Below, in pieces: positions 9,361 to 18,707 of a DNA stretch of 64,000 nucleotides. How positions within the stretch are numbered: the first letter of the stretch is position 1; the number at the start of each line of letters is the position of its first letter. Location: positions 128,001 through 192,000 of IMG/VR virus record IMGVR_UViG_3300014208_000023; one strand, given 5' to 3'. This DNA comes from a virus. Its lineage: Duplodnaviria; Caudoviricetes. Position numbers and translations under genes: made by a program. The notes beneath the pieces were generated by a model that did no database searches, was not told where the DNA came from, and saw only the letters and a program-made list of their open reading frames with translations.

Positions 9361-12300
9361 CTAGCGGTAGTTAATAAATACTCTGGAGTTTGCTGGCTTG
9401 AGAGTAGAAATTAAGTCTTCCATTACAGTTTTTGCTTTACTATTCTCTCTTAATATACCAAAACTATCAAAGACATTTATAGTAATATCGAATAAACCAG
9501 TCTTCTTATTTTTAATTACGGCAAAATCTGTTGTTATTTCTGATAACTTATTGAAATCTAACAATAAAGTAGTGTATAAATCTTCAGTTGCTGGAAACAC
9601 TACATCTATATTTGTGCTATACCCTGGGTCAATAGGCTCTCCAAAAGGCTTAAATACTGGCCTAGCAACATTACTTATGCGAAGATTATCAATCAATGCC
9701 ATGGCGCCAAGAGTTTGTGTATAATCAGATCCTATTGTAAATTCATTAATGGTATCAGCAAATGACATGGCTGACTGTATAGAGTTATGGCCTACATACG
9801 AAGAACCGAATACCATATTTTCACCAAATAATAGTCCAGATCCAAAAAGAACGTTACCTTGCTCATATCCATCTATAAAGAACCTGATCTCATCAGTTCC
9901 TAGGCCTTGATTTATGATATATTGAGCCCTAAGCTTATGCCATGTATTTTTAGCCCAAAATATAGGAGCGCGAACTTGATGGCTTATTCCAGCACCATCA
10001 ATAGTGAAATTGATGTATCCATAAGGATCTTTATATATAGACATTCTATCGCCAGATAGACCAGTAGGAATATAGATCACTACTATAGATGTTTTTTGAT
10101 TTGGTAACTTCTTATTAAGAAGAAGCGTTTGTGCGTCAGAACTAATGCTTCCACCTGCAAAATAATCCGTATCTTGAGCTCCATTAGCAAGCTTTATGCC
10201 CAATACACTAGATGCTCTTCCAGCTATAGTTACCGTTGCGTTATTTGTGCTTACAATTCGCTCGGTCACGATTCCTGTAGCGTCAAAATAGAATCTATAA
10301 TTGGGATCATTTCCAGTATCATTTAATGGATTTACCCATAACTCTATGGTTCCCTCTGTTTTTGTATTTAAGATGCCAGTATTATCTATAAGTAATGGGC
10401 GATCAGTAAATGATATGCTTTTATTAAAATTACTATTTACACAAGACGCCGACTGTATAAATCCTTTTGTTGCGGTCAGATACACATCCGTATTGTTTGT
10501 TAGCGTAGTCGTATCAAAATCTAATAACATAAGTGTATTTGAATTTGGTTTAATTGCTTTCAAAGAATTGTAGTGTTTGGTTACGCCATCAGCATTAGAG
10601 GCTAGAGTTTCTCCGATTCTTGTGTCAGACAATTTAGTGTCTAAAACAACGAAATCATCTATTATTGCTTTTGACTGATGACTACCATCAAGATCAGATC
10701 CAATAAATCCTCGAAGATTTCCAGTTTCTATTGGTATAGATAGCCCGGTATGATAATCAAGCTCGTAAAGGCCTTGTTTTAATAAATATGGAATACCAGG
10801 AAATAATGACTGTTCAAAAGTAAATTTTCCATTTTGTAATCCGCTACGCGCTTCGCTTACATTAAGTATTTCATAGTTGCCGTCAGTAAATGTTCCTGCC
10901 AAATCACTAGATATAGTGATTGATGTTAGGTCATCTGATACTGCACTTATTAAGTATTGGCCAGCAACTGGAGCTGGAGAATATATTATTAAATAATTTC
11001 CAATATTCTCTTTAGAGAATTGATTAGTTAAGTCTTGGACTGTATTAGCCCCAGATGTTCCTGCCAAAGTATTTCCAACTAGCATCTGATAGCTGTATCT
11101 AATTACTGGAACCAATAAGCTATTCTCTTGCGTAGTTATAGTTTCTTTTTCAGAAATCTTAACAGTGCAACATCCTCTGGCAGTATTGACTGGCTTACAT
11201 GTTACAACTATATAATCAGTTAAAGATACTTTGCCAGCAGTATATTTGGTTCCGTTCTCCGAGAACGTTAAGGTCTCCGTAGCAGCAGCCACGCCATTAA
11301 TTGTTCCAACGATATCTACTGATACGCTGCTTGAATAATCGATATTGTCACCACTTATTGTTACGGAAAGAGTTCTTCCATTATCACTGAGAGATGGTTG
11401 ATCAGTCAATATATTATTTGAGGTAAATACGCCTAAAGATAGGGTTGAGTTGGTTGGGCCAACAACCGTGGTATCTAAAAGAGTATGGTATATTTTCACA
11501 TCTTCCAAGGTTATTGGAGATGGAAGCCTGGTATTTAATATATTTGAAGTATTACCCCAAAGATAGTATTTATTTTTGACTCTACCATGATTAAGGCCTA
11601 GAGTTCTAATTAAGGCGATATCATTTTTTGTAGCGCCGGCCTTAATGGTAAGAACATTACCATAATAACCGTCTCTAGTTATTTCATAAGACGGAAATAG
11701 AGCACGTTGCCCAGGTAGTTCGGTCTCATCGGTAGAATAGATATAAAAAGATGTTCCAGATGTTGTTAGAGGCATAACATCTGATAGTGTAAGCGTATTG
11801 CCAGATACACCAGCGACAATATAATACGATGCGAATCCAACTTGATTTATTTTAATCAAATCCCCAACGACAACGCCTGCCGTTTGAAAGTTATGGCCAA
11901 CAGAAGAAACCACATTACTTAATGCGGTTGTGACCAAATCAATATCCTCTATTGTAGTATGGATTACTGAAACGGCTATATTTTTAAATAAATTAATTTG
12001 CGTAGTAACGGAGAATGAAGTTTTATTTATAGAAAATTTGCAATTAGTTGCAGACACTGGCATTGCAGATGCCAGCGTTAATGTATTGCCATTAACATTA
12101 GTTATTGAGTATCCAGAAGTATTAAAATCAACCTCATCTATATAGATTGTGTCGCCTATATTAATTCCTAGATCAGTAAAATTTAGAGAAGATGTCACGG
12201 TAAAAATACCGGCACTAGTAACCAAATCTGTTGATCCAACTATGCTTTTTAATATTTGGCCTATAATATCTTCAGTTGAAATTGTTCTAAATTTTTGATG

Positions 12301-12546
12301 AAGCAATTCAGATACTTGCCCACCATATTTAATTACATTAGGAACCTCAACTCCATCTATAAATAGGTGCATCTCATCTTGCTTGGTCAATGAGTTTAAG
12401 ACCCAGCTCGTGGCTACGTGATGCTGTTGCCCAGCCTTCCAAGATGATACGTCTGCGCTTACAACATAAATGTTGCCCTTATTATCGGTTATTTTATAGT
12501 TCAAATAGCCGGAAGCGTCTCTAAATAAAGAAAATCTATTTTTCAT
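9361..12546 (-). CDS. LamG/concanavalin-like baseplate protein; C-terminal half of a split gene
   Basis: Begins with the second half of a LamG domain (KNRFSLFRDASGYLNY...WKAGQQHHVATSW...DEMHLFIDGVE). It also contains a complete second LamG domain (EGTIELWVNP...DRMSIYKDPYGYINF...DEIRFFIDGYE). Confidence 0.75.
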   Translation of the reverse strand: MKNRFSLFRDASGYLNYKITDNKGNIYVVSADVSSWKAGQQHHVATSWVLNSLTKQDEMHLFIDGVEVPNVIKYGGQVSELLHQKFRTISTEDIIGQILKSIVGSTDLVTSAGIFTVTSSLNFTDLGINIGDTIYIDEVDFNTSGYSITNVNGNTLTLASAMPVSATNCKFSINKTSFSVTTQINLFKNIAVSVIHTTIEDIDLVTTALSNVVSSVGHNFQTAGVVVGDLIKINQVGFASYYIVAGVSGNTLTLSDVMPLTTSGTSFYIYSTDETELPGQRALFPSYEITRDGYYGNVLTIKAGATKNDIALIRTLGLNHGRVKNKYYLWGNTSNILNTRLPSPITLEDVKIYHTLLDTTVVGPTNSTLSLGVFTSNNILTDQPSLSDNGRTLSVTISGDNIDYSSSVSVDIVGTINGVAAATETLTFSENGTKYTAGKVSLTDYIVVTCKPVNTARGCCTVKISEKETITTQENSLLVPVIRYSYQMLVGNTLAGTSGANTVQDLTNQFSKENIGNYLIIYSPAPVAGQYLISAVSDDLTSITISSDLAGTFTDGNYEILNVSEARSGLQNGKFTFEQSLFPGIPYLLKQGLYELDYHTGLSIPIETGNLRGFIGSDLDGSHQSKAIIDDFVVLDTKLSDTRIGETLASNADGVTKHYNSLKAIKPNSNTLMLLDFDTTTLTNNTDVYLTATKGFIQSASCVNSNFNKSISFTDRPLLIDNTGILNTKTEGTIELWVNPLNDTGNDPNYRFYFDATGIVTERIVSTNNATVTIAGRASSVLGIKLANGAQDTDYFAGGSISSDAQTLLLNKKLPNQKTSIVVIYIPTGLSGDRMSIYKDPYGYINFTIDGAGISHQVRAPIFWAKNTWHKLRAQYIINQGLGTDEIRFFIDGYEQGNVLFGSGLLFGENMVFGSSYVGHNSIQSAMSFADTINEFTIGSDYTQTLGAMALIDNLRISNVARPVFKPFGEPIDPGYSTNIDVVFPATEDLYTTLLLDFNKLSEITTDFAVIKNKKTGLFDITINVFDSFGILRENSKAKTVMEDLISTLKPANSRVFINYR

Positions 12547-12593
12547 AATTAATTACAATATAATGCGGGTTTATGTCTAATAGTTATTATTGC

Positions 12594-14800
12594 TGGAGCG
12601 TGTCGAGCGTCATCTCTCACCTCCACTCATCATGCCGGCGCTATGGTGGTAACCGTGCCGCTCGAACCGCGATACTTGAGCGCTCCAGCCTCAACATATA
12701 GCACCCCGCCCGCCGTCGGGTTCGCCGTCGGGACCGTTCCCGCGTTGTCAATGCCGATGACGCCGCCTCCGCCGCCGAGATCTGCCGCGCCCGCTCCAAT
12801 CTGGAGCCCGTCAGGCGTTACCTGAAATGCGCTCGTCCCGTTGAGCGAGAAAACGTGCTTAGTGAAGGCGTCGTAATTGAGCTGATATGCCTGGATTGCA
12901 CCGAACAGAGAGAGCGAAGTGCCGAACGTCCACGACGATCCGCCACCGTCTGTTGTAAGCAGGGCGCGATCTGTGCCGTCGAAGTTACATACTAGCTGTG
13001 ATCGAGTCACAGCCCCCGTGCCGATGCGGATTGCGCCGGCCGCGGCCACCGTGTCGATACCGAAATCGCCGTGCGCCGTGAGGCCGCCGAGCGGAGAGAA
13101 GCTCTCGAATGCCGCCGCGGCGAAGGATACGGCCCCTGCCGCGACTGTTGCGTCACACACCGAGTCGAGCGTGAACTCCGTGGTGCCGGAGCCGCCCGGT
13201 TGCGCGATGATCTTCTTGGTGCCGGTGACGCCAGCAATAGCGATGTACTGCCCGACGACCATATCCGAATAATCACTTACGGTGATGCTCGCACTACCAC
13301 TCGTCGCCGCGCCCACCGTCGCCCCCCCGTTGAGCGTCCCCATTGTGCCAGACGTGAGGCACCGCTGACCGAGCTCTCCGCCAGAGACGGGTTGAGCTTG
13401 CCACACAACGTCGCCACGTTCGTACGTGAGATCAGCGCCGCTGTACTTCGTCGTTTTCGGTGACGTCTCAGACGTGAAGATGATCGCCGCGTTTGAACTG
13501 TCCGAGCGGCCAAGCATGATACCATTTTCGGCCCAAGGCACCGGCTGCCGCGGGCACGCTTGACTTGTGAGAAACGTCAGTACCCGATCGTAAATGCCGT
13601 TGTTCTGTAGAACGAACGATTTGGTAGTCTCATGATAGTTAAGTGAGTGCCTGTTCTGGACGTTGCTACCTGCGTCGTCGTACGACGCAAACGAGAACGT
13701 CGCCATGTCGGTACCTAGAGCCCCGATAGCGCCCTCAACCTTGCGCGTGCCTCGATCGGCTATGTACCGGAGTGGAGCGTTCGAGGCCGCGCCGTGCGAA
13801 AGTAGGAAAGCTGTCGAGTCTGTCGTGAGCATCCCCGCATTGAAGGTGCCGCCGATGATCGTAGCCTGACCGAGCATATGGTTCAGCGGACCTTCCTCAC
13901 AGTAGCAGCCAATGAAGTTGGATCGGTTGGAGTCCTGCGCCGTGCGGTAGTTGCTGATTGCGTTCCCCTGCGCCGTGCACGCTACATACGTGTTGCCAAA
14001 CGACTCATCATAGAATCCGTAGCCGGTGTTGAACGAAGAGTTGATGCCGATGAGAGCGCTCGCGTTCGAGTCGCCGCCGTACATGCGACAGCCATCGCCC
14101 TTGCATTGCCCGATGTTGATGTTCGAGAACACCGACGAGTCAATGTTTCCGGCGGCCGATGTGTCACCGACTAGGCCGTGCCCGCCAAAGCCTTGAATGT
14201 CTACGCTCTCCACGGTGCACTGCACGTGCACCGAAAGCCCGTTGCCCGAGACTGTGCCTGCTGCCATGCAGAATAGGGTCATATTCCGCAACACGGAGTG
14301 GTCCGCGCGTGGGTCGAACGCCGGATCGTGCCAGAGATGCACGCCGTCAACGTCGGCGGGGAACACGAGCATCGTTCCCGGCGACGTGCGGTACGACACG
14401 AGCTCCGGATTCGACTTGCCCGATCCCTCTAAGACGATAGTTTGCCTGACGTCGAGCGGGCCGGAAAGGTAGAAGTGCCCGTTCGCAACGAGCTTCGTGA
14501 CCCGGTTGCTATCGGCTTTCATCGCCGCGAGCGCAGCATTGAAAGCTGCGAGGTTGTCCGTCCCCGTCGTGCCGTTCCAGTCAGCTACCGCACCGTAGTC
14601 CTCGACGTCGTAGTGGCCCGGCATTACGGCCTTGCCTGCACGCAGCTTGGATCCGCGCTTCTTCCAGACCTCTCCGGTGGCAAGCGAGTCGTTAGTCTCG
14701 ACGCGCACGCCCTTGATGCCAACCACGCGGTCAATGTTGATGCCAGTGCTCGATGCTATGTCATCTGCGACTGTCGCTCCTCCGCCGGCCCCACGAACAC
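12594..14800. mobile_element. Recently acquired high-GC segment inside the baseplate operon (no transposase or integrase)
   Basis: Sampled lines are 50-70% GC versus about 30-40% in the flanks. The segment ends abruptly near 12594, just after an orphan GGAGGTG RBS and ATG ACG CTC GAC ACG CTC CAG. Confidence 0.7.
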
Positions 14801-14834
14801 CATCAAGCACAGTTTGTACCGTTTTTTTTGACAT
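12630..14834 (-). CDS. Tailspike/tail-fibre-like protein with pectin-lyase-like beta-helix (putative depolymerase); high GC
   Basis: [31 protein letters not shown] at the beta-helix entry, beta-helix-like repeats, and a fibre-type C-terminus [34 protein letters not shown]. Confidence 0.75.
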   Translation of the reverse strand: MSKKTVQTVLDGVRGAGGGATVADDIASSTGINIDRVVGIKGVRVETNDSLATGEVWKKRGSKLRAGKAVMPGHYDVEDYGAVADWNGTTGTDNLAAFNAALAAMKADSNRVTKLVANGHFYLSGPLDVRQTIVLEGSGKSNPELVSYRTSPGTMLVFPADVDGVHLWHDPAFDPRADHSVLRNMTLFCMAAGTVSGNGLSVHVQCTVESVDIQGFGGHGLVGDTSAAGNIDSSVFSNINIGQCKGDGCRMYGGDSNASALIGINSSFNTGYGFYDESFGNTYVACTAQGNAISNYRTAQDSNRSNFIGCYCEEGPLNHMLGQATIIGGTFNAGMLTTDSTAFLLSHGAASNAPLRYIADRGTRKVEGAIGALGTDMATFSFASYDDAGSNVQNRHSLNYHETTKSFVLQNNGIYDRVLTFLTSQACPRQPVPWAENGIMLGRSDSSNAAIIFTSETSPKTTKYSGADLTYERGDVVWQAQPVSGGELGQRCLTSGTMGTLNGGATVGAATSGSASITVSDYSDMVVGQYIAIAGVTGTKKIIAQPGGSGTTEFTLDSVCDATVAAGAVSFAAAAFESFSPLGGLTAHGDFGIDTVAAAGAIRIGTGAVTRSQLVCNFDGTDRALLTTDGGGSSWTFGTSLSLFGAIQAYQLNYDAFTKHVFSLNGTSAFQVTPDGLQIGAGAADLGGGGGVIGIDNAGTVPTANPTAGGVLYVEAGALKYRGSSGTVTTIAPA

Positions 14835-14959
14835 ATCTAATATCCCATTCTAAATACATAACGAATCACTATTGTCTAATAATAAATTATTATCATCTGC
14901 TAATAATAGTAATCTTGCTAATTCCAAAACATCCGCTTGAGTTAAGGCATTATTTATAT

Positions 14960-17900
14960 TTATTGCCTCTGACTCCCAAAATCAAATAAATAATGCTCAT
15001 AATCTGCCGTTAAAGTAATGCCTTCATGAGTCGAAGCCGCATCTACTATGCTATAAGTTATTTTATTATTTCCACTTCTTAATTTACCATTTGAGGTTAT
15101 TGAGTCAGATGTTTTTTTGATATCATAAAATGAACCATTTGTAGTTATTTTGATGATATGTGACGACGCTACGTATCCATCTCTATAGCCATCAGAATAT
15201 CCATCATAGCCATCAGAATATCCATCCGTATATCCATCAACAACATCAACAATATCAACGCACCATCTATTAAATATTCTGGTGCTATCTGGAACTATAT
15301 AGATATATATTCCATCCTTATTTTTATTTGGCAACCCTAACAAATCGTTATTCAAATTATTTATTGTAAATACACCATTAATAGATTTTGGATGATTCTC
15401 ACCTGGTCCAATAAAAACTTCACGATCATGAATTGATCGACCTGCTTTTGTAATTTCAAAAGATAAATCTGCCTGATTATCTATCCCATTCCACTGTGGA
15501 ACAACCCACATTTCCATTGTTCCCTCTTCAATTTTAAGGTTGGAAATTACTGGAAAACTAACCGTCTGATCTGGATTAGATACTAGAATGCCATTGCCAT
15601 GTTTTGCTGGAAGTATTTCGAGCTCACCAGTTGTCTTTACTTTTTGTCTAGAAAGAAGGCTGCTTCCAAGTGACCAATTTGTGAATGCGGCCTCTATTAT
15701 TTCTGGCGGAACATGAGTAATGCTCTGGACTATGTTTCGCAAAGAGCTTACCGTTGGGCCCTGAGTAAATGACTGCATTGCCGCAACAAGAGCATCGCGA
15801 TACCTCTCACGCGAGAAGTCTATATTTAGATTATTTAAAATAGGGATATCGATAAGTGTTCCGAAATTTTTAAGCAAGGCATCACGCAATGCTCCGGCCT
15901 TATAGGTTACGTAATATTTATTTCCGGGCTCTACCGTTGTAGATTTAGAGAAATCTAATATATTGTCTCCATGCTCATAGCTTAAAATTATCTCATCGGC
16001 AAGATAGCTGTAATCTATTAGATAGTCTCCTCGACTATAATCGACGACTATTCTTGATAAATCAGCTATCGTAAATGAGTATGTAACCAATACTGCATCG
16101 CCCGTAACTGGAGTATTTACGCCAGATAGGGTTAGCGTTAAAGGAGAGCCGGCAACAACAATACCTGAACCATCCCAAAGTTGAGCACTATCAGATAGTC
16201 TAGTAACACTAACAGTTACGCTTATATTTGGAGAAATATATGGAAGATTAGTATTAGTAACAATAATATGATTTAGACCAGAAAGCTGAACTGATTGATA
16301 CTCGCGATATTGTTTGGTAGAGACACTTATTGTTTTTCCATTTACAGTGGCAGATGTAGCAAAATTAATTGGACTAACATTATTTAAAAGGTCTTCCCTT
16401 TCGAATAATCCTCTTACATATTTGACATAGTCAGTTACACCAGGTATGAAGGTTGCCGATTCAAATACTCCAATATTTCCATTATATATTTGATATGGAA
16501 GAGTTGCGACACCACCTAAGAAGTTTTCAGCAGTAGTATCAAATACTGATGGAAGAATAAGAGAATCAGTGAATGAAGTATATTCAAATGATCTTACCTT
16601 ATCAGCCAAAGAGTTTAGCTTATAATACATATCAGATATTGTTATGATATGTGGATGCTGCGTTTTAACGTATCCTCTTTTATAAAATACGGTTCCTATT
16701 GATAGATCCTGGTCTGTAGCAACCACAACCCAAATCACGCCATTTTTATAATCTACTTGATATTCTCCAATTTGAGTTAGTTTGGAATTATTTTGACTTT
16801 CAGTAAGTCCGATATCATAATAAAACTCGGAAGAGAACGTGACAGTATCAGAAAATGTTATGCTTTTATTTTGAGAGTGAGCTATACCATCTTCAGACGC
16901 AGCAATAATGTTATTGTTGAGAAGGAATATTTTAAATAGTTTTTTAGTTACAGAAAGAGTAGTGGTTGTGCTAACGAAAAGAGTTTCATTTGGAACATCA
17001 TCAAATGACACACGCTCTCTAGTTAAATCAGTAATTTTTGGGGGTGTTTGGTATGTAAAAAATACTTTGCTTTGATTCCATCGCGATACATTATAAACTT
17101 CGCCGCTAGTTTCATTAAAAATTCTAAATACATTAGTTATTGGAAAGTTTAATGGCCTAATTACATTTAGCGCCTCTAGTCTATTTTCAATTCTTTCCGA
17201 TAACTCTTCCTTATGGACTTCTGCAAAATAATCTACATCTTTAACTAGAACTTTATCAAAACTATATGTAATAGCGGCTGGCGATCCGGTTAAGTTACCT
17301 AAAGGTAGAGCTACGATATCTGACGCGGAATCATCATATACATAGTCTATTTCTGATTGAAAGGGATATCGATAATAATATATTGCAAGTGGAGGGTAGG
17401 CGCCCGTTCCAGATCTATTATTGTCTTCACCAAACACATATACTGTTCCAGTAGAGTAATCTACCGAATATTCTCCAACTCGTGATGGTAACGATTCTAG
17501 TCTAAAAGGTATTTCATAAACAAACGCTGGGTGAGCAGTATTGCTTCCGGGAAAAGCATTTGGGTCAGAGAAGGATATATTACCAACTTTTCCATTTATA
17601 TTATTGGCGCTTACGATCGGAGCGTGCTTTAGATTAAATACATTTTCTATTGCTGGCAGCACTTCTCTTCCAGAAGGAAGAACGGCATTAGCTATAATAG
17701 TTGCTGGATCGATTACCTTGCCCTGATCTTTATACTGATAATCTATAGTTATAGATGCTATATTCTCTAAAGAGAATGATGTATTTGATAATACCTTATC
17801 GCTTAATCTAAATTGGTTTTCTCCTAGCGAAACATATGTAAATGCATAGCTAGGATCATATTTAGAATTTTGGACTTGGTATCCATAAATAGTTTTATCA

Positions 17901-18706
17901 TATGAAAACGCAGGTAATATTGAATTATAAATTATCGTAACGCTATTAAGTATAGTTACTGGAAACTTTTTTGCATTTATGGTAAGCGTTTTTAAATTGA
18001 AACTTCCTATAGAATCGGAATTACTTAAAGTAAGTGTTTCGACCATATTGGCACTTAACAATGACCGTGGAAAATCTGGAAATTCACTTTCATTAATGGT
18101 TTCCGTTAAGGGAGCATTCGTTGGAGTTAGGGCAACGCGACTTATCTCATATGCTCCCTCTTGATTTAACCTGTCGTGCGCACTTGTTCCTCTGGTTTTT
18201 AATTCATCAGTTACCGTGAATGATAAGTAATTATCGTTTTTTGTTTGGCCTATACTATATAGTGCTTTTGATAATGATAATGATAGTCCGTCAATATATG
18301 TTGATAAAATCGATGGTGACTCTAAATCATATACATTCTTTGATAAAAAACCTAATAAAGCGTCTTTAATGGGGTTGCTTGCTTCAAGTGGCCCTACGAA
18401 ATAATGTTTATTCGTAGCACCATCATTTAAAATTACGGCATCACCATTTAGTGATTTAAAAATAACCGTATCAGTACTTTTAAAGTTTATTACATATGTT
18501 GCTTGAGATACTATTGGTTGTGTAATAATGTTTAAAACATTATCGACAATATCTATTTCAAGAATAGTTGGTGCAAGAACGCCATTAGTTTCAGAAGTAA
18601 TTGAAACATTATCAATCCCTATTAATGGGCTCAACGATGAGCTGAACTTTGCAGATAAATGAGTGCTATCAGTTACTGTAAATGATAATAATCTTAAATT
18701 TGCCAT
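14960..18706 (-). CDS. Baseplate wedge subunit (T4 gp7/P2 gpI-like region); N-terminal half of a split gene
   Basis: Directly follows baseplate J. Contains RERYRDALVAAMQSFTQGPTVSSLRNIVQSIT and ends inside a LamG domain (EGTMEMWVVP...YEHYLFDFGSQRQ*). Confidence 0.7.
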   Translation of the reverse strand: MANLRLLSFTVTDSTHLSAKFSSSLSPLIGIDNVSITSETNGVLAPTILEIDIVDNVLNIITQPIVSQATYVINFKSTDTVIFKSLNGDAVILNDGATNKHYFVGPLEASNPIKDALLGFLSKNVYDLESPSILSTYIDGLSLSLSKALYSIGQTKNDNYLSFTVTDELKTRGTSAHDRLNQEGAYEISRVALTPTNAPLTETINESEFPDFPRSLLSANMVETLTLSNSDSIGSFNLKTLTINAKKFPVTILNSVTIIYNSILPAFSYDKTIYGYQVQNSKYDPSYAFTYVSLGENQFRLSDKVLSNTSFSLENIASITIDYQYKDQGKVIDPATIIANAVLPSGREVLPAIENVFNLKHAPIVSANNINGKVGNISFSDPNAFPGSNTAHPAFVYEIPFRLESLPSRVGEYSVDYSTGTVYVFGEDNNRSGTGAYPPLAIYYYRYPFQSEIDYVYDDSASDIVALPLGNLTGSPAAITYSFDKVLVKDVDYFAEVHKEELSERIENRLEALNVIRPLNFPITNVFRIFNETSGEVYNVSRWNQSKVFFTYQTPPKITDLTRERVSFDDVPNETLFVSTTTTLSVTKKLFKIFLLNNNIIAASEDGIAHSQNKSITFSDTVTFSSEFYYDIGLTESQNNSKLTQIGEYQVDYKNGVIWVVVATDQDLSIGTVFYKRGYVKTQHPHIITISDMYYKLNSLADKVRSFEYTSFTDSLILPSVFDTTAENFLGGVATLPYQIYNGNIGVFESATFIPGVTDYVKYVRGLFEREDLLNNVSPINFATSATVNGKTISVSTKQYREYQSVQLSGLNHIIVTNTNLPYISPNISVTVSVTRLSDSAQLWDGSGIVVAGSPLTLTLSGVNTPVTGDAVLVTYSFTIADLSRIVVDYSRGDYLIDYSYLADEIILSYEHGDNILDFSKSTTVEPGNKYYVTYKAGALRDALLKNFGTLIDIPILNNLNIDFSRERYRDALVAAMQSFTQGPTVSSLRNIVQSITHVPPEIIEAAFTNWSLGSSLLSRQKVKTTGELEILPAKHGNGILVSNPDQTVSFPVISNLKIEEGTMEMWVVPQWNGIDNQADLSFEITKAGRSIHDREVFIGPGENHPKSINGVFTINNLNNDLLGLPNKNKDGIYIYIVPDSTRIFNRWCVDIVDVVDGYTDGYSDGYDGYSDGYRDGYVASSHIIKITTNGSFYDIKKTSDSITSNGKLRSGNNKITYSIVDAASTHEGITLTADYEHYLFDFGSQRQ
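15173..15238 (-). repeat. In-frame tandem repeat encoding six DGY units (DGYT DGYS DGY DGYS DGYR DGY)
   Basis: Read directly from DNA and protein; degenerate 9-12 nt units. Confidence 0.95.
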
Positions 18707-18707
18707 A

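Noticed and set aside
12587-14966. 7-bp direct repeat TTATTGC at 12587..12593 and 14960..14966 as a target-site duplication
   Set aside because: Short and AT-rich, so plausible by chance. Excision between the copies leaves the stop codon and does not restore a fused gene; no transposase or terminal inverted repeats.
12547-14975. Self-splicing intron explaining the split baseplate gene. Joining ...GGG AGT to AAA AAT AGA would be in frame and fit the U/G splice-site rule.
   Set aside because: The non-coding flanks are only about 125 and 85 nt, with no recognisable group I P7 or group II domain V sequence, and the enclosed ORF is not a maturase or endonuclease. RT-PCR would settle it.
12643-14989. 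Many overlapping ORFs in other frames of the high-GC segment
   Set aside because: Expected shadow ORFs in GC-rich DNA with few stop codons; low-complexity Pro/Arg/Ala products with no motifs.
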